A DNA stretch of 24,000 bases, from positions 1 to 24,000 of the forward strand of contig SMXG01000046.1 of NCBI GenBank assembly GCA_004356775.1, in the 5' to 3' direction. Position numbers and translations under genes: made by a program. Every line of letters starts with the position of its first letter. Position 1 is the stretch's first letter. A model generated the notes under the pieces. The model had not been told where the DNA came from, did no database searches, and saw only the letters and a program-made list of their open reading frames with translations. This document shows positions 1 through 7,106 of the stretch, piece by piece. This DNA comes from Betaproteobacteria bacterium. GTDB taxonomy: Bacteria; Pseudomonadota; Gammaproteobacteria; Burkholderiales; Nitrosomonadaceae.

Positions 1-1172
1 CACAGCAGCCATCCTAGGACGGCTGCTGGCACTTTCGTTTACGGATTCCTGTTACGCAACTATGCAGCGGGCGAAATGTTTTTGGCGGCTTGGGCCTGGC
101 CGTGGCCGCGATACCCAAGGACTACCCGCAACCATGACTATTACGCCTCCCCTAGGTGTAAGAAAAAAGAGCACAACGTAACGCCATTATTCGTCATCTT
201 CCTGCTGTGGAAACCTTGGGTGCAGTGACTGTGATTTGCACTGACAAGACAGGCACCCTAACTCATAATGAAATGACAGTACAACGAGTGATAACCGCTG
301 ATGAGGTATTTGAAGTCAGCGGGGTAGGATACGAGCCTCATGGAAGTTTCAGCAGAAACAGGTAAGAGGTTTCTGCTGCCAATAATTTACTTATCTTGGA
401 CATGGTGCGTAACGGCTTGCTTTGCAACGGCACACTCTAGAATAAAATAATGGTATTTGGAAGATTGAGGGTGATCCATCAGAGGGTGTTTTCATTCCTC
501 TGGCCATAAAAGCTGGTTTCGACCCTGGATATAAACGTGAATCATTGCCACGTATCGATGAATCCCATTTCAGTCCGAGCCCTGCTTTATGCCCACCTTG
601 CATCATGATCATACAGGGCACGATTTTATTTACGTCAAGGAAGTACCCGAGCGGGTACTCGAGATGTGCACCAACCAGCACAATTTAAGAAAAGACCCTC
701 CTCTTGATATCGCCTACTGGTCAAGCAAAATGGAAGAAATTGCTGCATAGGGACAGCACTTACTCGCTGTAGCAATAAAGTCTGTTGAAACGGCACACCG
801 TGAGCATATTTTCTCAGACATGGAACAAGGTTTCACTTTGCTTGGTATGTGTTCGGCATCATTGATCCGCCACGTGACGAAGCTCTCGCGGCAGTTAGTA
901 GGTGTCAACCCGCCGGTACTCTAGTGAAGATGATAACTGGTGACCACGTAGTGACAGCACGAGCCATTGGTGTGCAACTAGGCATCGGTAATGGGCAAGC
1001 TGCACTCACTGGTAGCAATCTGGAAAAAATGGATGAAACCCAGTTACAAAGGATGGTCACGATCGCTTGGCAACAACAGAAATTTACCTGAACTTAACCG
1101 ATGGACATGTGATCGAGGGGTTCCAGAATAAGTGGTAGTGACTTTTCATTGCAGTTGCGCTCCCACTAGACC
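1..1172 (+). pseudogene. Decayed P2-type cation-transporting P-type ATPase, TM4 to P-domain portion (5' end off window)
   Basis: Plus-strand translation gives hallmark blocks in shifting frames with in-frame stops. These are LGLAVAAIP then (E)[17 protein letters not shown] (about 90-170), and [38 protein letters not shown] (frame open 162-362, DKTGT at 243-257, stop at 363-365). Further blocks are IEGDPSEGVFIPLAIKAGFDP (about 464-526), an IPF.SE..(F)M.TLHHDH..IYVKG-like stretch broken across frames, and GIIDPPRDEALAAV..C..AG..VKMITGDH (ORF 849-1091, TGD at 936-944). A degraded VVV..APTR stretch just before 1172 sits where GDGVNDAPAL would be expected. Frame changes occur near 90, 116 and 165, and further ones follow. 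No ORF is intact. Confidence 0.85.
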
Positions 1173-2642
1173 TTATTGCACCGGGATTCCAACGAAACGC
1201 TCATTGATTAATAAGTGCACCCAAATGCTTAGCATATATCCAAGCAAGATGACCGGAGCCCATTTGAGGTGGCCAAAGAAAGTATAAATACCCCGCGCCT
1301 GCCCCATCAGTGCAACACCAGCGGCAGAGCCAATCGATAACATACTGCCACCAACACCGGCTGTCAGTGTGACCAGAAGCCATTGGTTGATATCCATTTC
1401 CGGATTCATCTGTAGAACGGCCACCATAACCGGTATGTTATCAATGATCGCTGACAAGAAACCAACCAGAATATTGGCCATTGTCGGCCCGAGTTCCAGA
1501 TACATGTATTGTGATAGCAAATCGAGATAACCGATAAAGGCCAGCCCGCCAACGCTCATGATAACGCCAAAGAAGAACATGAGTGTATCCCATTCTACAC
1601 GTGCAAACTCCCGATAACTGTCGAAGGCCTGAATATCGCCGATCACGCCGTAGTTAGCCCGATCCGTTGTTGCAGCAAGATGCGATATTTTCAGGTAATA
1701 GCCAAATATCTTAAGGTATGAAAGCCCCAGCATCATGCCAAGGAATGGCGGCAGGTGTAGGAAATTATGGAAAGAGACGGCTGTGGCTATAGTACAAAGG
1801 AACAGAAACATGATGGTTTTTGCGCCATGTTTCATGTTTACGACACTTGTAGCATCGGCCTCCGGCGTTTCCCGTGAAATGGCAAAAGACATGATTGCTG
1901 CGGGTACTAAATAATTCACAGCGGACGGTATGGCAAGAACAAAGAAGTTTTGAAATTCGAGCTTTCCGCTTTGCCATACCATCAAGGTCGTAATATCACC
2001 GAACGGACTAAATGCGCCCCCAGCGTTAGCCGCGACAACAATATTGATGCAGCTCAGGGCAGCAAAGCGCCGATTGTTTTTTCCAACGGCAAGAGCAACA
2101 GCACACATCACCAGAGCAGTCGTCAGGTTGTCGATTATCGGTGATAGAAAGAAAGTGATAATCCCTGTAATCCAGAATAAGCGTTGATAGCTATAGCGTT
2201 TATTAACCAACCAGGCTCGCAACACCTCGAATATGTTCCGTTCACTCATCGCATTGACGTAAGTCATTGCCACGAGCAAGAACAAAAATAACTCCGCAAA
2301 CTCAACCAGGAAGACTCTTACAGCAGTTTCGGTTGCTTGGCCCAGATCATGGCTTGCGTATTCGTAACCGATCAATGCCCAAATGAGACCTGCAGCGAGC
2401 AAAACCGGCTTGGATTTTCTCAGATGCGTGAATTCTTCAGCAACAACGAAGATATATGCGGTGACGAACAATATTAGTGCGGTGATTCCGACCCAGCTTT
2501 CCACCAGTTTCAGAGATCCCGCTTCTGACGCCAATACAGTGTCGGGAAAGCTCACGCATACCAATCCCAGTGTTATTTGCAGAATCCGCTGCCAAGGTTT
2601 CAGAGTATAAATTTTAGGCGTTGATATAACACTCATTGTCAT
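1173..2642 (-). CDS. nhaD: Na+/H+ antiporter, NhaD family (ArsB/NhaD ion-transporter superfamily)
   Basis: The ORF is an uninterrupted 489 aa and is strongly hydrophobic throughout, with many TM-length segments. Blocks such as FFFGVIMSVGGLAFIGYL and LTAGVGGSMLSIGSAAGVALMG match my recollection of NhaD-type antiporters. The family assignment comes from memory of the family, not from a search. ORFs on the opposite strand or in other frames inside it (1201-1383, 1765-1977, 1950-2144, 2383-2610) are shadows. Confidence 0.75.
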   Translation of the reverse strand: MTMSVISTPKIYTLKPWQRILQITLGLVCVSFPDTVLASEAGSLKLVESWVGITALILFVTAYIFVVAEEFTHLRKSKPVLLAAGLIWALIGYEYASHDLGQATETAVRVFLVEFAELFLFLLVAMTYVNAMSERNIFEVLRAWLVNKRYSYQRLFWITGIITFFLSPIIDNLTTALVMCAVALAVGKNNRRFAALSCINIVVAANAGGAFSPFGDITTLMVWQSGKLEFQNFFVLAIPSAVNYLVPAAIMSFAISRETPEADATSVVNMKHGAKTIMFLFLCTIATAVSFHNFLHLPPFLGMMLGLSYLKIFGYYLKISHLAATTDRANYGVIGDIQAFDSYREFARVEWDTLMFFFGVIMSVGGLAFIGYLDLLSQYMYLELGPTMANILVGFLSAIIDNIPVMVAVLQMNPEMDINQWLLVTLTAGVGGSMLSIGSAAGVALMGQARGIYTFFGHLKWAPVILLGYMLSIWVHLLINERFVGIPVQ

Positions 2643-2822
2643 TTAGGTTTTCTTTTCTGTTTAGGAGGGAAACCAAGTTCCATTTCTTTGAAATTTGATT
2701 TTGCAAGGACCATAGACAACAGGGAGCCGATGTTGCAGTGGGACTCCAGTGGGCGGGGCGAAGATGCTGACCTTTGTGAATTACATACCTATTATATCGC
2801 CCTTCTTTATATCGAGTAATAA

Positions 2823-3173
2823 CACCAGCATCCTCCAGATCGCAACGATCCTCATTGCGTCGCGCTCGGTGATACCAGCCGAACAGTAGCAGTTAATGCT
2901 CTGGTAATAGGAAAAATCTTTTACCTGTTCAATTGCTGTTATCTTTTGGCGTCGGCTATATCGTGGAAAGGTTTTCTTGATAACCGCAATGTCCTTATCG
3001 CGATAATAGTATTTGTCATAATCCAGCTTATTGTTTACGTATATGCCCGTTTATGCAGAATCTTTTTGGCACAACCACCATTGATATCGGCATGGATACG
3101 TATTGTCGCGTTCGGTATACTGTTGTTTACTGTAATTGAAATTGAAAAGTGCCTGATCCGCAAGAAAAACTAG
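2823..3173 (+). pseudogene. C-terminal remnant (last TM helices and tail) of the same type of P2-type ATPase
   Basis: The frame is open from 2823 to 3173. It reads ..GDTSRTVAVNALVIGKIFYLFNCC..NRNVLIAIIVFVIIQLIVYVYARLCRIFLAQPPLISAWIRIVAFGILLFTVIEIEKCLIRKKN*. This follows the conserved C-terminal pattern ARTvAVN.LV..E.FYLFN.R...N..vl.ai...l.lQl...Y.P.l..iF...PL....W......VE.EK. The track ORF 2946-3173 is only the tail of this. Weaker ATPase-like fragments (for example GADVAVG near 2717-2737) may extend the remnant back to about 2700. Confidence 0.75.
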
Positions 3174-3176
3174 ACT

Positions 3177-3911
3177 TTAGAATTTGTTACCTCGGTGCAG
3201 CGCAACCACTCCGGAGGCAAGATTGAAGTATTCTACCCGCTCGAAACCAGTCTGCTGCATCAGTCGCTTCAATTCCTCCTGAGAAGGATGCACACGAATG
3301 GATTCAGCCAGGTAACGATAGCTTTTCTCATCATTGACAATAAACTTACCTATAGCCGGCAGCACTTTGAACGAGTAGGTATCGTAGAAGAACTGCAGTG
3401 GTTTCCATACTTTTGAAAATTCAAGCACGATGACGCGCCCGCCTGGGCAGAGCACTCGCAGCATTTCCTTCAATGCTACGTCTTTGTGGGTCATATTTCT
3501 GAGACCAAAAGCAACGCTCACACAATCAAAATAATTTCCGGGGAAAGGCAACTTCTCTGCATCACACTGCGCTACCGATGCATTCATGCCATGATCTAGA
3601 ATCCGGTCACGACCTATAGTAAGCATGGAATTGTTGATATCAGTGAGCCAAATTTCTCCACTCTCTCCGATGTATTCTATAAACAATGTACTCATATCTG
3701 CGGTACCACCAGCAATATCGAGTACCCGGCTACCTACCTTGACCCCACTTGCTTCTACAGCAAAACGTTTCCACAATCTATGCAACCCCGCTGACATGAG
3801 ATCATTCATCAGATTATAGCGCTCGGCCACCGAGTCAAACACGCCTGCTACCTTACGCGCTTTATCCGTTTCAGGAACGGAATTAAAACCGAAATGAGTA
3901 GTCTTGGTCAT
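3177..3911 (-). CDS. ubiE: Ubiquinone/menaquinone biosynthesis C-methyltransferase UbiE
   Basis: The protein is 244 aa. The N-terminus THFGF..VPE..K...[27 protein letters not shown] and the SAM motif [10 protein letters not shown] are classic UbiE/MenG features, and the length is typical. Confidence 0.92.
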   Translation of the reverse strand: MTKTTHFGFNSVPETDKARKVAGVFDSVAERYNLMNDLMSAGLHRLWKRFAVEASGVKVGSRVLDIAGGTADMSTLFIEYIGESGEIWLTDINNSMLTIGRDRILDHGMNASVAQCDAEKLPFPGNYFDCVSVAFGLRNMTHKDVALKEMLRVLCPGGRVIVLEFSKVWKPLQFFYDTYSFKVLPAIGKFIVNDEKSYRYLAESIRVHPSQEELKRLMQQTGFERVEYFNLASGVVALHRGNKF

Positions 3912-3998
3912 AAATGTTCATTTCTTAGCATAACGTAGATACGGTTTTTGCGTAAACTAGACGATTAAAACTATTTTATCGCAAGGCGTCGATTGTAT

Positions 3999-4391
3999 TT
4001 ATGTAGGCAATTCTACAACCGGCTCTCGACTCGCACCTGCCTCATCCATTCTTCGTAAGTAAAGTTGCCACATATTATCCTGGTGTATGCCATATCCATA
4101 GAGCAAATCCCACGAATAGAGTCCTGTATTATGGCCATCAGAAAAATTAAGCTGAATTGCGTAACTGCCCACTGGCTCGATATGATTTATATTTACTTCT
4201 TGCTTTCCGGTTTGTAATATTTCTTGCCCAGGACCATGCCCACGCACCTCTGCAGAAGGTGAATGGACTCGTAGAAATTCGAAGGAAAATTGAAAAGTCC
4301 TTCCATCTGTAAAGGAAATTTCCAGTAACCTGGATTGCTGATGCAATTTTATTTCAATGGGTCTAGGAGTGCTTTTGCTTAACCCTGCCAT
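3999..4391 (-). CDS. DUF971 (gamma-butyrobetaine hydroxylase-like N-terminal domain) family protein
   Basis: The sequence LEISFTDGRTFQFSFEFLRVHSPSAEVRGHGPGQ...VNINHIEPVGSYAIQLNFSDGHNTGLYSWDLLY is the typical DUF971 pattern. The track ORF starts at 4511, but its first 37-40 codons are not family-like. The ATG at 4391 has AGGA 9 nt upstream, and the ATG at 4400 is an alternative. The start is therefore uncertain. Confidence 0.8.
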   Translation of the reverse strand: MAGLSKSTPRPIEIKLHQQSRLLEISFTDGRTFQFSFEFLRVHSPSAEVRGHGPGQEILQTGKQEVNINHIEPVGSYAIQLNFSDGHNTGLYSWDLLYGYGIHQDNMWQLYLRRMDEAGASREPVVELPT

Positions 4392-4559
4392 GAACAACAT
4401 TCCTTCAGAATAAACTGCGCATAATAAACAAGTTGAGATACTTGAAACAAGAACATCTCGAACATACTCTTGACTTAATAACTGCGCTTCAATGACAATA
4501 AAACTCTGCACATAAGAAAAATATACCCACTTTTACCCCTATATTATGACCCAAAGCAT

Positions 4560-5009
4560 TTATTGTAGACCAAGCAACTCTACGTCAAAAACCAATACTG
4601 CGTTTGGGGGAATCGAGTCGCCAGCTCCGCGCGAACCATATGCAAGATGGGCAGGAATAATTAGAGTTCGCTGCCCCCCCACTTTCATACCGATAACCCC
4701 TTGATCCCAACCTTTAATTACGCGTCCCAAGCCCAGTGGAAAAGTGAAGGGCTTACCACGATCGACTGAGCTGTCGAATTTAGCTCCTTTTTTTTGCGGT
4801 GCAGTTGCATCGTAAAGCCAGCCCGTATAATGAACTTTAACCGTGTGGCCACCAATCGCCACTTCACCAGTACCTATCTTGAGATCGGTTTGTATGAGTT
4901 CTGACACTTTGGTTGCACCCTGTTTGATTTCAGAAAAAGCATATTGGGGTAGCAATGTCATGCCTAGAATTAATACGCTCAAATTAAGCAAAGTGTTTAC
5001 TTTGGTCAT
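4560..5009 (-). CDS. Secreted FKBP-type peptidyl-prolyl cis-trans isomerase
   Basis: The protein is 149 aa with the signal peptide [31 protein letters not shown] motifs are present: VHYTGWL...[49 protein letters not shown] and [20 protein letters not shown] sits 6 nt upstream of the ATG. Confidence 0.9.
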   Translation of the reverse strand: MTKVNTLLNLSVLILGMTLLPQYAFSEIKQGATKVSELIQTDLKIGTGEVAIGGHTVKVHYTGWLYDATAPQKKGAKFDSSVDRGKPFTFPLGLGRVIKGWDQGVIGMKVGGQRTLIIPAHLAYGSRGAGDSIPPNAVLVFDVELLGLQ

Positions 5010-5507
5010 GGTCGCCTCAGAGAAATAAATTGAAAACGATGGATTATAATTTGGAACAACCTGCTGTTCTACTATCTTTCAGTTAGTTATTTTTATAAAA
5101 GAAATCATACACAAGGACATGTTTGTTAAAAAAATAGAGATCTAGGGTACTAAACACTCAAATATTATACTGTACATATTTGCTTAGTCATTGTAGACAG
5201 CTCTAACAAAAAGTTTAATTGGTAGACTAACCACGGATAACTAGACGTAAGATTTCAAGGTGCATACCCCTTGGAAAGAGTATATCAGGGTTAGTTTAGA
5301 AAGAATTGAATACATCTGCAAATTCATGATAATACGCAGTGGTTACTCAGGACTGAGAATTACCATCTGGTATCTGATGCTTTTCCCAAGAAACCTTTCT
5401 GTTACCTTGGACCAAACTACTAAGCTGTACTAAATAATTCCTTGATGTAGAATACGTGCCACTTACTCACAAGCAACAGTTATCTTATTTAGCAACGAAA
5501 AATCAGT

Positions 5508-5735
5508 GTGGCTAAAGCAACAAAACTGGAAGGAACGAGCGCAGAGTTTCAATATTCTCTTGTCGCCGGAGCGGTCACAGGTGGTGGCCTGATAGTCATT
5601 GCCAATGCCCCAAATCCGGCAGGTTTCTCCATACTCAAAGGATCGTTTGAAGACGAAGCGATCCATCCTTTAGGACTACTAGTAGCCGCGCTACCACCTA
5701 CATTCATTTCTATTCTTGCGTTTCAGCTGCTTTGA
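5508..5735 (+). pseudogene. Probable C-terminal relic of a polytopic membrane transporter (putative Na+/H+ antiporter-like family)
   Basis: This 75-codon GTG-initiated ORF has no Shine-Dalgarno sequence. The frame opens only at 5493, after a stop. The sequence ..GAVTGGGLIVIANAPNPAGFSILKG..IHPLGLLVAALPPTFISILAF resembles the conserved C-terminus of roughly 400-aa membrane proteins annotated as putative Na+/H+ antiporters, recalled from memory only. Upstream DNA in all three plus-strand frames is full of stops. Confidence 0.4.
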
Positions 5736-6080
5736 ACTAGCAACCTGATTACTTTCCAGCACGTAAACTACCATTTCCGGTCTACATCTTTTCAAACTGC
5801 TTGCGCAGACAATATATTGCTGTTCGCTAGTCTAGCGTAGCCGGAATCGTTATCCTTGCGCAGAGGAATACGCCAAGCCAAACGTGGCACAACCTATATG
5901 GAAAACAAAGTATCGAAGACTACAAAGAAAGAATAAATAGAACGATGTCTGGGTCTGGTTAAGAATTACTTCTTAGCATAGCAGGTAGCGGGAGCATCCT
6001 AAAAAACTTTATTAGCGTTCAAAGGTTACGGGTAGGAAAAGACTGTATAGGGGCGCCTGGAGAAGACACATTCAAAACCA

Positions 6081-6905
6081 CTAAGTTTTGGACCGAAAGC
6101 GCCTCTCCATCCATTTTTTAATACGGTTGACATCACCATAGCGGGTATTCTTTCCCCAAGAGTCAAGCAACACAATTATGATCGGTCTACCGATTATTTG
6201 TACATGCATAACTAAACAACGTCCGGATGCCTTTAGAAAGCCTGTTTTTGATACGCCAATCTCCCAAGTCCCGCGACGTACAAGGCTATTGGAATTTTTG
6301 TATAGTAGGCTATGCTTTTGATGTGGGAGTTTTACTACATATGTTGCAGTAGTAGTGAATTTACGGATAATCTCGTAGCTATATGCAGCTTCAACCATTT
6401 TCGCTAAATCACGCGCAGTGGAAACATTAGCGCTACTTAGCCCGGTAGATTCAACAAACAAGCTATTCCCCATGCCAAGTTCAAATGCCTTGTTGTTCAT
6501 TGCTACAACGAATATTTTAGTGCCACCCGGATAAGTGCGCCCCAATGCTGCCGCCGCACGATTCTCGGAAGACATCAGCGCCAATCGCAGCATCTCTTCA
6601 CGAGTAAGGATAGATCCCACTGATAACCGTGAACGAGTATTCTTGAGGTGATCAACATCAGCTAACTTAATAGTGATCTTTTCAGTCAACGGCAATTGTG
6701 CGTCAAGTACTACCATCGCCGTCATCAGCTTGGTAATAGAGGCAATTGGCATAATGCTATCTGCTCTCTTATCGTATATAACACGCCCCTGCTCTGTGTC
6801 AAAAACAAACGCAGAATTGGATCTGAGATTCAAACCACTTGGCTGTGCAAAAGCACCACTAGCGAATATGAATACTATAGACAATGCCAAGATTATTTTT
6901 TTCAT
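6081..6905 (-). CDS. pbpG: D-alanyl-D-alanine endopeptidase, peptidase S11 (PBP7/PbpG-like)
   Basis: The protein is 274 aa with the signal peptide MKKIILALSIVFIFASGAFA. The penicillin-binding motifs are SITK (SxxK), SSEN (SxN) and KTG. Confidence 0.88.
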   Translation of the reverse strand: MKKIILALSIVFIFASGAFAQPSGLNLRSNSAFVFDTEQGRVIYDKRADSIMPIASITKLMTAMVVLDAQLPLTEKITIKLADVDHLKNTRSRLSVGSILTREEMLRLALMSSENRAAAALGRTYPGGTKIFVVAMNNKAFELGMGNSLFVESTGLSSANVSTARDLAKMVEAAYSYEIIRKFTTTATYVVKLPHQKHSLLYKNSNSLVRRGTWEIGVSKTGFLKASGRCLVMHVQIIGRPIIIVLLDSWGKNTRYGDVNRIKKWMERRFRSKT

Positions 6906-6961
6906 TTTTCTTTCTCTAACCGAAAAAACTACCCACTGCTTACGGATTTAAAAATTGTTTC

Positions 6962-6999
6962 CGGCTAACTTAATAAATATCGGCTAACTTAATAAATAT
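6962..6999. repeat. Perfect 2-copy tandem repeat, 19-bp unit CGGCTAACTTAATAAATAT
   Basis: The copies at 6962-6980 and 6981-6999 are identical and are followed by CGG, the start of a third copy. The repeat lies in the pbpG upstream region, downstream of the ABC exporter gene. Confidence 0.95.
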
Positions 7000-7004
7000 C
7001 GGGA

Positions 7005-7048
7005 GACTGCTGAAGAACTTTATACTGACTGCTGAAGAACTTTATACT
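7005..7048. repeat. Perfect 2-copy tandem repeat, 22-bp unit GACTGCTGAAGAACTTTATACT
   Basis: The copies at 7005-7026 and 7027-7048 are identical. The repeat begins 5 bp after the 19-bp tandem repeat. Confidence 0.95.
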
Positions 7049-7106
7049 CTATATTAATCCTTGAGAAAAATCCATATTAAAGCTGCCCTGAAAAAATACT
7101 GGGGTA

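Noticed and set aside
161-170. A-rich run AGAAAAAAGA as a programmed frameshift site rescuing the ATPase
   Set aside because: At least two other frame changes lie within 80 bp, multiple stops occur further on, and the TM5-TM7 region is missing altogether. A single programmed shift could not restore a functional protein.
391-908. Minus-strand ORFs 391-681 (96 aa) and 714-908 (64 aa)
   Set aside because: They lie antisense to clearly recognisable P-type ATPase coding remnants on the + strand (the GDPSEG..KAGFDP, IPF.SE and VKG blocks). Their sequences have no recognisable family features. They are shadow ORFs in a pseudogene.
1092-1172. Integron-cassette attC or a mobile-element boundary at the nhaD 3' junction (a GTTAAGT core-like sequence on the - strand)
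   Set aside because: There is no matching inverse core (RYYYAAC) with the required imperfect palindrome, no integrase or transposase, and no inverted or direct repeats shared with the other junction (2643-2720) beyond a chance 6-mer.
2946-3173. 75-aa + strand ORF as an independent small membrane-protein gene
   Set aside because: Its frame is open upstream to 2823. The whole stretch aligns with the conserved C-terminal helices and tail of P2-type ATPases. The start is TTG with no RBS. It is best read as the tail of the pseudogene.
6962-7048. Tandem repeats as a CRISPR array or minisatellite
   Set aside because: There are only two copies of each unit, they abut directly with no spacers, and no cas genes are present. 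A CRISPR call is not supportable.
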